The position numbers were made by a program, and so were the translations under genes. The notes below the pieces were generated by a model, which saw only the letters and a program-made list of their open reading frames with translations, did not search any database and was not told the DNA's origin. Below, piece after piece: positions 38,806 to 47,512 of a DNA stretch of 64,000 bases (its first letter is position 1; the number at the start of each line of letters is the position of its first letter). Origin of the DNA: Eubacteriales bacterium (GTDB lineage Bacteria > Bacillota > Clostridia > Oscillospirales > CAG-272); the NCBI GenBank assembly GCA_045587385.1, contig JAZNCE010000124.1, forward strand, positions 58,210-122,209, given 5' to 3'.

Positions 38806-40029
38806 TCAAATCAGCAGAAATTTTGCAAACATTCTGCCAAGAACACCCCAATATCCGATTTTTTCGATATTTTGCGTACTCAGAATGCTCACGCTTCCGA
38901 TCTGCTTGCCATCCAGAGTATAGATCACCTTCCCGAGTTTGTCTCCTACACGTATCGGTGCTGTATAGAAAGGTGCGTCCATCTGCGCCTGCTCTTGTAT
39001 TTTCGCAATATCTGCCTTGGGCATAACACAGTAAAAGCTGCCGTATTCTGCGCTGACAGTATTTTGCGTACCACCTTTGATTGGAATATCATGCAGCTTC
39101 CCCACGGGCTTGGCAAAAAGCCCATAGTTGGCAAAACCCCAATCTAATAGCTGTGTCGCTATCTGATTGCGCGTATCCCTGTTCTCTGCCCCCATAATCA
39201 CGCAGATCAGTGTCATACCGTCGCGCTCAGCTGTTGCGCTGACACAAAAGCCCGCCTTGGAAGTAGAGCCCGTTTTCAATCCGTTACACCCCTTATAAAA
39301 ACGCACAAGCCTGTTTGTATTGGTGAGACCAAACGCACCATCTCGTATCGTATCCATCCAGATCGAGCTGTATTCCAAAATCTTTTCATGCTTGATCAAC
39401 TCGCGCGACATGATAGCAATATCACGCGCGGACGTATAATGATTAAGCGTGGTATCGTCAAGTCCGTTTGTGTTCTCGAACTTTGTGTTGATCATATCAA
39501 GCTGCAAAGCCCTGTCATTCATCATTTTTACAAAGGATTGCTCGCTCCCTGCAATATGCTCTGCAAGTGCAAGGGCCGCATCGTTCGCAGATGCGATGAC
39601 CACACTTTTGATCATATCCTCCACACTCATGCGCTCGCCTTCTTTTAAGTAGATCTGCGAACCACCCATAGAACAAGCGTGGGCACTTGCCGTCACCGTG
39701 TCGTCCCATTTGATCTTCCCTTGCTCTATCGCCTCCATGACAAGCAGCAGCGTCATGATCTTTGTAACCGATGCAGGCGGCAAGCTTTCATCTGCATTCT
39801 TTTCAAACAGTACTTCGCCCGTCTGCGCTTCCATTAATATGGCGGATTTACAATCAATCTCCCCTTCATACGTGACCTTTTTATCGGTCGATTCCCACAG
39901 AGCCCAATCGTCCTCACTGATCGGCACCGTCTGTGCCCCCACTGTAACGGTCGAAAGCAATAATAATAATACTGTCATGCATCCGGTTAATATTCTCAAA
40001 AAACCTTTTCTCACTGTGTTCGACATCAT
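38806..40029 (-). CDS. D-alanyl-D-alanine carboxypeptidase (S11 family PBP)
   Basis: Signal peptide, then SVTKIM (SxxK), SANDAA (SxN) and KTGST (KTG) motifs. Start MMSNTV follows GGGGTGG. Confidence 0.88.
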   Translation of the reverse strand: MMSNTVRKGFLRILTGCMTVLLLLLSTVTVGAQTVPISEDDWALWESTDKKVTYEGEIDCKSAILMEAQTGEVLFEKNADESLPPASVTKIMTLLLVMEAIEQGKIKWDDTVTASAHACSMGGSQIYLKEGERMSVEDMIKSVVIASANDAALALAEHIAGSEQSFVKMMNDRALQLDMINTKFENTNGLDDTTLNHYTSARDIAIMSRELIKHEKILEYSSIWMDTIRDGAFGLTNTNRLVRFYKGCNGLKTGSTSKAGFCVSATAERDGMTLICVIMGAENRDTRNQIATQLLDWGFANYGLFAKPVGKLHDIPIKGGTQNTVSAEYGSFYCVMPKADIAKIQEQAQMDAPFYTAPIRVGDKLGKVIYTLDGKQIGSVSILSTQNIEKIGYWGVLGRMFAKFLLI

Positions 40030-40127
40030 ATACCACCCCTTTCGTTGCAATATATGTGACAAATGCAGAGAATATGAAAGGCATGACGATACGCATCATG
40101 CTCCTTGGAGTTTTCTTCAACAATTAT

Positions 40128-40157
40128 AAAAATAGTGCGCGGCTTATGCCGCGCACT
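40128..40157 (-). terminator. rho-independent terminator after galM
   Basis: AGTGCGCGGC-(4 nt)-GCCGCGCACT with a T-tract on the minus strand. Confidence 0.7.
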
Positions 40158-40168
40158 GTTATCAATTA

Positions 40169-41227
40169 TTATTTGACGTAGAACTTAAACTCGGTCGTCG
40201 TGCTATAAAGTTCACCGGGCTTGAGTACACAGTTGGTGAACTCGGCGCGGTTGGGACTGTCGGGCATGATCTGTGTTTCCAGGCAAAATGCATTCTGCGT
40301 TGCCTTTCTGTAACCACCGTAGAACGGATGTCCGTCATCGGTCAAGAAGTTGCCGCTATAGAACTGCACACAAGGCAGATCGGTACGCACGTCCATGGCT
40401 CTACCACTCTTGGGATCGTATGCGGTAATGACGCGCTTAATCTGACCGTCAAAACTATCAAAGCACCAGCAATGATCGTAGCCGCCTGCGATCTTAAGAT
40501 CGGTATCATCGGCAAAGAAATCCTGTCCGATGGGCTTTGCGGTACGGAAATCAAAGGGAGTGCCCTCAACGGAAGCGATCTCACCCGTGGGGATCAGCTT
40601 GTCGTCCGTCTTCAGGTAGTGCCCTGCATCCATTTGCAATACCTGATCAAACACCTTGCCGGATGCATAGCCGCCAAGATTGAAGTATGCATGATTGGTC
40701 AAGCTGATCACGGTCGTTTTATCGGTAATCGCCTTATAATCAATCGCAAGTGTATCGTCTTCTGTAATGCGGTAGGTTACCGTGCAAGAGAGCTCACCGG
40801 GGAATCCCTCTTCCATATCGGGAGAGATCAGCGAGAAATAAACGCTGGGCTGCGTGGTATCCGAATAAGAGGATGCCCACAGCTTATGAGAAAAGCCAAC
40901 CTTGCCGCCATGCAATGTGTTGCCGTTGTTATTGGGATATAAGGTATATTCCTTCCCTTCCAAGGTAAAGCGCGCACCGCCGATGCGGTTGCCGAAGCGA
41001 CCGATCAGAGCACCGACATAGCCATCAGACTCCATAAGATCCTTCAGAGAGTCATAGCCGCAAAGCACGTTGGTAAAACAGCCGTTCTTGTCGGGCGCTT
41101 CAATGCTCATAAGCGTACCGCCGAATTCGCAAACCTTAGCGCGAATACCGCCCACATGATGCTGTAAGGTATAAACGTAAACCTCGCGTCCATCGGGCAT
41201 ATAGCCGAATAATTCTTTGGTTACCAT
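40169..41227 (-). CDS. galM: aldose 1-epimerase (galactose mutarotase)
   Basis: GRFGNRIG, NTLHGG and LTNHAYFNL motifs. Start MVTKELFG lies just after the galE stop. The track ORF extends 14 codons into galE. Confidence 0.9.
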   Translation of the reverse strand: MVTKELFGYMPDGREVYVYTLQHHVGGIRAKVCEFGGTLMSIEAPDKNGCFTNVLCGYDSLKDLMESDGYVGALIGRFGNRIGGARFTLEGKEYTLYPNNNGNTLHGGKVGFSHKLWASSYSDTTQPSVYFSLISPDMEEGFPGELSCTVTYRITEDDTLAIDYKAITDKTTVISLTNHAYFNLGGYASGKVFDQVLQMDAGHYLKTDDKLIPTGEIASVEGTPFDFRTAKPIGQDFFADDTDLKIAGGYDHCWCFDSFDGQIKRVITAYDPKSGRAMDVRTDLPCVQFYSGNFLTDDGHPFYGGYRKATQNAFCLETQIMPDSPNRAEFTNCVLKPGELYSTTTEFKFYVK

Positions 41228-41232
41228 ATCAT

Positions 41233-42252
41233 TTATTCTCCGTATCCGTCCGGATTTATGGTCTGCCAACGATATGCGTCCTCACACATACGGTCAATGT
41301 CGTATTTTGCCTTCCAGCCAAGCTCTTTTTCTGCCTTTGCAGGATCCGCATAGCAGGTTGCAATATCACCGGGACGGCGTTCCACAATGCGATAAGGCAG
41401 AGGCTTGCCGGTAGCCTTTTCAAAAGCGTGTACAACATCCAGTACAGAGTATCCCTTGCCGGTGCCAATGTTGAAGTAATCAATGCCCTCTTTGCTCATC
41501 GCCAATTCAAGAGCAGAAAGATGCGCCTGCGCAAGGTCTACAACGTGAATGTAGTCACGCACACCCGTACCGTCGGGAGTAGGATAATCATTGCCGTAAA
41601 CACGCAGATATTCGCGCTTACCGGATGCAACCTGGGTAATATAAGGAAGCAGATTGTTGGGAATACCGTTGGGATCTTCACCGATCAAACCACTTTCGTG
41701 TGCGCCGATAGGATTGAAATAGCGCAGAATGGAGATTCTCCAAGAAGGATCGGATACGTGGGTATCCTTGAGAATACGCTCGATCATGTGCTTGGTTTCA
41801 CCGTAAGGGTTAGTGGTATTTCCCGTGGGGAAATCCTCACGAATCGGTACTGTCGCGGGATCACCGTAAACAGTCGCGGAAGAGCTGAAAACAATGGTCT
41901 TTACGTTATGCTCCTTCATAGAGTTGCAGAGATTGATAGTCCCGGTCAGATTGTTGTGATAATATGCCAAAGGCATGCTGACAGATTCACCGACTGCCTT
42001 AAGACCTGCAAAGTGAATGCAGGAATCGATCTCGGGGCACTCGTCAAACATGCGGTCAACCGCAGGCTTATCAAGCAGGTCAATCTCATAGAACTTGAAA
42101 TCTTTACCCGTAATCTTACGAATGCGGTCCAAAACACAAGGCTTACTGTTAGAGAAGTTATCAAGGATTACAAGCTCGTAACCCTTATTGAGAAATTCAA
42201 CTGCAGCGTGAGAGCCGATAAAGCCCGCACCGCCCGTAATCAATACTGCCAT
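41233..42252 (-). CDS. galE: UDP-glucose 4-epimerase
   Basis: VLITGGAGFIGSH, SSSATVYG and YGETK (YxxxK) motifs. 339 aa. Confidence 0.95.
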   Translation of the reverse strand: MAVLITGGAGFIGSHAAVEFLNKGYELVILDNFSNSKPCVLDRIRKITGKDFKFYEIDLLDKPAVDRMFDECPEIDSCIHFAGLKAVGESVSMPLAYYHNNLTGTINLCNSMKEHNVKTIVFSSSATVYGDPATVPIREDFPTGNTTNPYGETKHMIERILKDTHVSDPSWRISILRYFNPIGAHESGLIGEDPNGIPNNLLPYITQVASGKREYLRVYGNDYPTPDGTGVRDYIHVVDLAQAHLSALELAMSKEGIDYFNIGTGKGYSVLDVVHAFEKATGKPLPYRIVERRPGDIATCYADPAKAEKELGWKAKYDIDRMCEDAYRWQTINPDGYGE

Positions 42253-42270
42253 TTTTATATCCTCCGTGTT

Positions 42271-43371
42271 TTACAAGTATTTCTGGATGATCTGATTCAT
42301 CTGATCCATTTTCTGTTCCATATCGGCAACCAGCTTGAACTGATTACGCGCACGGTCAAGATTATGCTGAGAATACGACGTTCTGAAATAGGTGTCACCG
42401 TTGAGGTAGTCAGTCAAGAAGCGAATGCCCGTTTCCAGCGTCAGTATGTATGCACCCATGGGCAAAGAGCGAATCTCCTCTTCGGTCAGCGAATGATCAA
42501 GACCTTCGATAAAGCCCTTTGCAAACGCATCGAACATTTCAAGTCTGACGTATACCTTGTTTAGATCGGTCTCGTCCTCTGCTGCAGAAGATGCGCCAAA
42601 ACGAATGCTGTCACCAAAATCAGCCAGAACCGAGCCGGGCATAACGGTATCCAAGTCAATAACGCAAATTCCCTCACCCGTTTCATTATCAAGCATGATG
42701 TTGTTGAGCTTGGTGTCGTTGTGTGTCACGCGCAGCGGGATTCTGCCGTCCGCAATGCGCTCGTTGATATAGCTGCAGGTTTCCTGTCTGCGCAATACAA
42801 AAGCGATCTCTTCGCGCACGCTCTCGCGTCTGCCTGCTGCATTGTTTTCCATCGCGGTGATAAACTGATTGAATCTATCCTCGGTATTATGGAAATTCGG
42901 AATCGATTCAAACAAAACGGATGCGTTAAAATCAGCAAGCTGACGCTGGAAGATACCAAACGCCTTACCCACCTTGGTAAACATTTCTTCGGATTCCACA
43001 GCCTGATAGCAGGTTGCGTTCTCAACGAAGTCATAAGCGCGCCAATAATTACCAAACTGATCCACATACGCATAATGACCGTCCTTGGTGAAGATCAGAT
43101 GCAATGTGCCGCGCTCCGCATCACCACCGGTCGAAATCAGCTTATTTTCAATATGCTTGGTTACGTGCAAAATATTTTGCATAACCTCATCCGGCTTTTT
43201 GAAAATATTGGTATTCACGATCTGCATCACGTAGCGATGCAAGCCGTCGTCCGCGCTGCAATCAACAAAATAGGTAGAGTTGATATGCCCTGTAGTACAT
43301 TCGGTTGCCGAAATGGGTTGTCCCTTAAAAGCAAATTGCTCGGCAATTACAAAAATTTGTGCCTGATTCAT
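42271..43371 (-). CDS. anomeric sugar kinase of the APH/NahK family (N-acetylhexosamine 1-kinase-like)
   Basis: 366 aa. GHINSTYFV nucleotide-loop region, THNDTKLNNIM catalytic loop, IDLDTVMPG. Overall similarity to Bifidobacterium NahK (LnpB) and AmgK-type kinases. Confidence 0.7.
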   Translation of the reverse strand: MNQAQIFVIAEQFAFKGQPISATECTTGHINSTYFVDCSADDGLHRYVMQIVNTNIFKKPDEVMQNILHVTKHIENKLISTGGDAERGTLHLIFTKDGHYAYVDQFGNYWRAYDFVENATCYQAVESEEMFTKVGKAFGIFQRQLADFNASVLFESIPNFHNTEDRFNQFITAMENNAAGRRESVREEIAFVLRRQETCSYINERIADGRIPLRVTHNDTKLNNIMLDNETGEGICVIDLDTVMPGSVLADFGDSIRFGASSAAEDETDLNKVYVRLEMFDAFAKGFIEGLDHSLTEEEIRSLPMGAYILTLETGIRFLTDYLNGDTYFRTSYSQHNLDRARNQFKLVADMEQKMDQMNQIIQKYL

Positions 43372-43399
43372 AAAAATCCTTTCAATGCTGTTTATTCAT

Positions 43400-44296
43400 T
43401 CAATTCCAAAGAGAATCGGGATATACGCCGCTTTCAATCATGCTCTTGATAGAAGCTTTTACGTATTCCTTATCCTCTGTATAAGTGACGCCGTACCATT
43501 GCGCATCGGTCTTATACACCTTAACGTCGCAAAGTCCTGCCTTCATGAAGCTGTCAACCGCGCCGGGAATAAAGTATTCACTCTTGAGCTCGGTGCCTCT
43601 CTGCGCAAGAAATTCGTGAAAGCCTTCGGCAAGTCTGGGAGCGATCGACGGTGTCATACCCCAGAAGTTCATCGATACCACGGTATCTCCCGAGAGCATC
43701 ACCCAATCTCCGTTCTCGTTTCGATAAGCGGCATCCTCGCCAACGCGCTTAATATCCGTGCGCTCGATCACACTGTCAAGCATGCCGTTCTCATTGACAA
43801 AGCACTGCCCGCGCGAGACCGTTCCACTATCCGAAAGCGTATTGCCAAGTCTGTAGCCAACCATGCAATAGTGATCGCCGTCGGCATGGTTTTTTAAATG
43901 CTCTGCTGCCTTGAAAAAAGCATCACGACCGTAAAAATCATCCGAATTGATCACGGCAAAGCCTTCCGTCAAGTATTCTCTTGCCGCATAAAGCGCATGC
44001 CCCGTACCCCAAGGCTTTACCCTGCCTTCGGGAACCGTATATCCATCCGGCAGATCATCCAATTCCTGAAACGCATAAAAAGTCTGCACGTGCTGCGAAA
44101 CTCTCTTTCCAACGGTTTCTGCAAATGCCTGATAATTTTCCTTCTTGATGATGAATACTACCTTATCAAAACCCGCTTGAATAGCGTCGTAAATCGAAAA
44201 ATCAATAATAAATTCTCCATGCTCGGTCATGGGGTCTATCTGCTTGAGTCCGCCGTAACGAGAGCCCATACCGGCTGCTAAAATTACAAGTGTCAT
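43400..44296 (-). CDS. sugar-1-phosphate nucleotidyltransferase
   Basis: LAAGMGSRYGGLKQ N-terminal NTP-transferase signature. 298 aa. GGAGGAG RBS. Confidence 0.8.
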   Translation of the reverse strand: MTLVILAAGMGSRYGGLKQIDPMTEHGEFIIDFSIYDAIQAGFDKVVFIIKKENYQAFAETVGKRVSQHVQTFYAFQELDDLPDGYTVPEGRVKPWGTGHALYAAREYLTEGFAVINSDDFYGRDAFFKAAEHLKNHADGDHYCMVGYRLGNTLSDSGTVSRGQCFVNENGMLDSVIERTDIKRVGEDAAYRNENGDWVMLSGDTVVSMNFWGMTPSIAPRLAEGFHEFLAQRGTELKSEYFIPGAVDSFMKAGLCDVKVYKTDAQWYGVTYTEDKEYVKASIKSMIESGVYPDSLWN

Positions 44297-44331
44297 TGTG
44301 CTCCTCCCTATCTATGCTCGTATAGTATATT

Positions 44332-44360
44332 ATTATACTACAACAAAATCGAAAATGCAA
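44332..44360 (-). promoter_or_regulatory. sigma-A promoter of the nucleotidyltransferase-kinase-galE-galM operon
   Basis: Minus strand reads TTGCAT-17 nt-TATAAT. The inverted repeat TAGTATA-4 nt-TATACTA (44323..44340) overlaps the -10. Confidence 0.6.
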
Positions 44361-44402
44361 TATCATAAGTGTTAATTTTCACTTCTTTTGTGCGATTTTC
44401 TA

Positions 44403-44431
44403 TTGACAAACCGTAACCAATCGTTTATAAT
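44403..44431 (+). promoter_or_regulatory. sigma-A promoter of the crp-family gene
   Basis: TTGACA-17 nt-TATAAT. Confidence 0.65.
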
Positions 44432-44463
44432 TAAGTGTATCATATGAGACACAAGGAGAACGT

Positions 44464-45126
44464 ATGAAAGACATCTCGCAAATCTTGAATAAGCTTTCGA
44501 TCACGGCATGTGCAAGCGCGGACTGCATTGAGAGAGCCTCTTTGGTTGCCGCTCCTGTTTTTTTGCAAATGCAACGCGATCAAACAATATTGTCTCCGGG
44601 ACAAACGGGTGATGCCCTGTACGTATTATGCGAAGGTCGTGCCGCCGCTTATGCTGCTGACGAGGACAAGCACGTATTGCTGCGCACGTTTGAGCCTTAT
44701 GAAATATTTGGCATTTCCAACCTGTTTACTGATCAGCCTTTTGTAACAAAGATCATTGCAAAAACAGATTGCACCGTGCTTGTGCTGTATAAGCCGTTTT
44801 TAACCTATCTGATTGACAACGACGTTGCCGTAAGATACCAATATATCGCTTTTTTAGCCAAAAAGACGCTGTATCTCAATCAAAAGATTTCTTGCTTGAC
44901 CGCGGGATCAGCCGAGCAAAAGTTAGCCTACTGGTTAGATGCGAACGCCAGCGGTGACATCGTGCAGACGCAGATTCCCATGAATGCGCTTTGCACCATG
45001 CTGGATATCGGCAGGGCCTCTCTGTACCGCGCCTTTGACAAACTGGAGCAAGAAGGCTTTATCATCCGTGAACAAAAAACGGTGCGGCTTCTTGACCGTG
45101 ACCGTATGTTACATAAATACAAATGA
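44464..45126 (+). CDS. Crp/Fnr-family transcriptional regulator
   Basis: 220 aa. cNMP-binding-like beta-roll (GDALYVLCEGRA, EIFGISNLF) and C-terminal HTH (IGRASLYRAFDKLEQEGFI). Confidence 0.85.
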   Translation: MKDISQILNKLSITACASADCIERASLVAAPVFLQMQRDQTILSPGQTGDALYVLCEGRAAAYAADEDKHVLLRTFEPYEIFGISNLFTDQPFVTKIIAKTDCTVLVLYKPFLTYLIDNDVAVRYQYIAFLAKKTLYLNQKISCLTAGSAEQKLAYWLDANASGDIVQTQIPMNALCTMLDIGRASLYRAFDKLEQEGFIIREQKTVRLLDRDRMLHKYK

Positions 45127-45139
45127 AAGGGAAAAACTC

Positions 45140-46144
45140 ATGAAAACCACCATCAAAATCTTCTCCGTACTTCTCACCCTCGCGCTTGCGCTTTCCGTGC
45201 TTACGGGCTGTATCAATCAGAATCCCGATCCGGAAAAGGTACCTACCGTTGAAAACGTTAACGTTATGGTACTCAACGGCACGACCGGCTTTGGCATGGC
45301 TAAGCTGATTTCCGACAACAAGAACGGCACTGCCGCTCTGCACTATACCGTTTCCGTAGAGACCGATGCTTCCAATATCACCGCATCTCTTGTCAGCGGT
45401 GCGTGCGACATCGCTGCTCTTCCCACCAATGCAGCAGCAAACGTAGCTATGAAAACAGGCGGCGGTGTTAAAGTCATTGCAGTCAATACGCTTGGCGTGC
45501 TTTACGTTATGAACAACACCGAAAAGGTATCCGTTTCCTCCTTTGAGGATCTGCGCGGCAAAACCGTTTATTGTCCCGCACAGAATCCCACCTTCCTGTT
45601 CAAGGCTGTATGTGAAGCAAACGGTTTGAAGGTTGGCGAGGATATCATCATTGACAACACCTACGCGCAGCCTGCTGATCTGCGCACGGCTCTTGCTTCC
45701 GGTCTGGTCGATCTCGCTGTATTGCCCGAGCCCATGGTCACCATTGCAAAGAGTGCCAACGCTTCCCTTGCAGCATCTCTGGACCTTACCGCGGAATGGG
45801 CAAAGCATTATCCCGCCAATTCCTTGATGCAGGGATGCGTTGTTGTGCGCTCCCAGTTCGCAGAGCAGAATCCCGAAGCAGTTCAGACTTTTTTGAATGA
45901 ATACAAAGCTTCTATCGAGTTCGTCAACGCAAACCCTGCGGACGCCTCCGGCATGATCGTTGAAGCAGGCATCTTCGCGCAAGCTCCCGTGGCAGCTAAG
46001 GCGATCCCCAATTCCAACATCTGCTATATTGACGGCGCTGAAATGAAGGCGGGCTTGCAGAAGTTCTATGAAATTCTGTACGCCGTTGCTCCCGCTTCCA
46101 TTGGCGGTCAGCTGCCTGCAGAGGACTTTTATTACCTTCCCTGA
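45140..46144 (+). CDS. ABC transporter substrate-binding lipoprotein (NMT1/SsuA-like)
   Basis: Lipobox LTGC after a signal peptide. The periplasmic-binding fold pattern resembles nitrate/sulfonate/bicarbonate binding proteins. The track ORF starts upstream inside crp. Confidence 0.75.
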   Translation: MKTTIKIFSVLLTLALALSVLTGCINQNPDPEKVPTVENVNVMVLNGTTGFGMAKLISDNKNGTAALHYTVSVETDASNITASLVSGACDIAALPTNAAANVAMKTGGGVKVIAVNTLGVLYVMNNTEKVSVSSFEDLRGKTVYCPAQNPTFLFKAVCEANGLKVGEDIIIDNTYAQPADLRTALASGLVDLAVLPEPMVTIAKSANASLAASLDLTAEWAKHYPANSLMQGCVVVRSQFAEQNPEAVQTFLNEYKASIEFVNANPADASGMIVEAGIFAQAPVAAKAIPNSNICYIDGAEMKAGLQKFYEILYAVAPASIGGQLPAEDFYYLP

Positions 46145-46905
46145 TGAAACGTATCTTCAAATACTTTCTCATCGTTTTATTTTGGCTGGGGCTTTGGTGG
46201 GCGGCAGCCGCTATCGTAAATCTGCCGCTCATCCTTCCCTCTCCGATTGACGTGTTGGTCAAGCTGGGACAAATGAGTGCGACGCCGCTTTTCTGGCGTG
46301 TCATGTTGATTTCATCCGTTCGCGTACTTATCGGCATCGTCTGTTCATATGCGCTGGCATTTGCCCTTGCGCTGCTTTGTCACCGCGTCAAATTCCTGTA
46401 CGACTTTTTCATGCCTGCGATCTCCGTTATAAAAACGACTCCCGTAACATCATTTATTCTGATCGCATTCGTGCTTATGCACCGTGACCTGATTCCGGGT
46501 CTGATTGCAGCGCTGATCGTGTTCCCCGTAGTATTTTCCAATACAATCGAGGGACTTCGCGCTGCACGTCCCGAATTGATCGAAACCGCGCGTGCATACC
46601 GACTTGGCTGGGCGGATCGCGCCAGATGCATCTGGATACCAACGCTGCGTCCGTTCATGATCTCGGCTGCAGGTGCCTCGGTCGGTCTTGCGATCAAGGC
46701 AGGCGTTGCCGCAGAGGTACTGATCTGCCCGGAGGTTTCGGTTGGCAAATATATCTTCCAAGCTAAGCAAAACATGGAATATGTTGAGCTGTTTGCCTGG
46801 ACGGTAGCAATCGTCATCTTCAGCTATCTCCTGGACTTGGCATTCAAGCTGGCGCTCAAGCGCATCAAGCGCAAGACCAGAAAGGAGGCAGCTTATGAAA
46901 ATTGA
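46144..46905 (+). CDS. ABC transporter permease
   Basis: 253 aa with 6 TM helices and an EAA-like loop (IEGLRAARPELIETARAYRLG). Confidence 0.85.
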   Translation: MKRIFKYFLIVLFWLGLWWAAAAIVNLPLILPSPIDVLVKLGQMSATPLFWRVMLISSVRVLIGIVCSYALAFALALLCHRVKFLYDFFMPAISVIKTTPVTSFILIAFVLMHRDLIPGLIAALIVFPVVFSNTIEGLRAARPELIETARAYRLGWADRARCIWIPTLRPFMISAAGASVGLAIKAGVAAEVLICPEVSVGKYIFQAKQNMEYVELFAWTVAIVIFSYLLDLAFKLALKRIKRKTRKEAAYEN

Positions 46906-47464
46906 GCATTTATGCTTCTCTTTTGAGAACAAACCGATTTTTGACGATTTCAATCTTGAAGTCAAGGATGAAGCCATCACGGCTTTGATGGCACCATCCG
47001 GACATGGCAAAACAACTCTGCTTCGGCTGATGGCAGGACTCATCAAGCCGCAAAGCGGAAGCATTGAAACGAGCGGGAAATCCATAGGAATCATGTTCCA
47101 GGAGCCGCGTTTGTTCGGACAACTGACGGCTCTGCAAAACGTCACGCTTGTTATCAAGGACAAAAAGCACAAGCAAGAGCGCGCCTTGGCTTTATTGCAA
47201 GCCTTTGGCGTATCGGATGCATCCGATAAGTATCCGGACGAGCTTTCCGGCGGCATGGCAAAGCGTGTCAGCCTTGCCAGAGCGATTGCGTATGACCCCG
47301 ATGTTTTGCTTTTGGACGAGCCTTTTTCCGCATTGGACGAAGACACCAAGGCCGAGGTCATCAAAGCTGCCAAGCAGCTTCTGTGCGGCAAAACGGTATT
47401 ACTGGTCACGCATGATGCAAAAGAAGCAGCAGAGTTCGCTGACCATATCGTAACTTTATCGTAA
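46895..47464 (+). CDS. ABC transporter ATP-binding protein (compact, 189 aa)
   Basis: Walker A APSGHGKTT, Q-loop MFQEP, signature LSGGMAKR, Walker B LLLDEP, H-loop VTHD. Confidence 0.88.
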   Translation: MKIEHLCFSFENKPIFDDFNLEVKDEAITALMAPSGHGKTTLLRLMAGLIKPQSGSIETSGKSIGIMFQEPRLFGQLTALQNVTLVIKDKKHKQERALALLQAFGVSDASDKYPDELSGGMAKRVSLARAIAYDPDVLLLDEPFSALDEDTKAEVIKAAKQLLCGKTVLLVTHDAKEAAEFADHIVTLS

Positions 47465-47466
47465 AT

Positions 47467-47509
47467 AAAGCACTTACCGCAACGGATAATCCGTTGCGGT
47501 AAGTGCTTT
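47467..47509. terminator. bidirectional terminator
   Basis: AAAGCACTTACCGCAACGG-ATAAT-CCGTTGCGGTAAGTGCTTT, a 19-bp stem. Confidence 0.85.
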
Positions 47510-47512
47510 TCT

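Noticed and set aside
37391-38923. 510-aa plus-strand ORF, the longest unannotated ORF in the track.
   Set aside because: It lies entirely antisense to pgi and the end of the carboxypeptidase gene, both of which carry unambiguous family motifs. Its translation is low-complexity, with no RBS and no recognisable motif. It is a typical shadow ORF of a codon-biased gene.
41428-42564. 378-aa plus-strand ORF. Similar long antisense ORFs occur at 26914..27894, 45062..45982, 54080..55027, 3840..4622, 42721..43449 and 29487..30179.
   Set aside because: All are mirror-strand ORFs inside confidently identified genes (galE/nahK-like, thrC, SBP, GH78, polC, tig). None has an RBS or a recognisable domain.
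46895-47464. The short (189 aa) ABC ATPase as a possible truncated pseudogene.
   Set aside because: Walker A, Q-loop, signature, Walker B, D-loop and H-loop are all present in the correct order. The gene ends at a strong terminator, so it is a compact but complete NBD.
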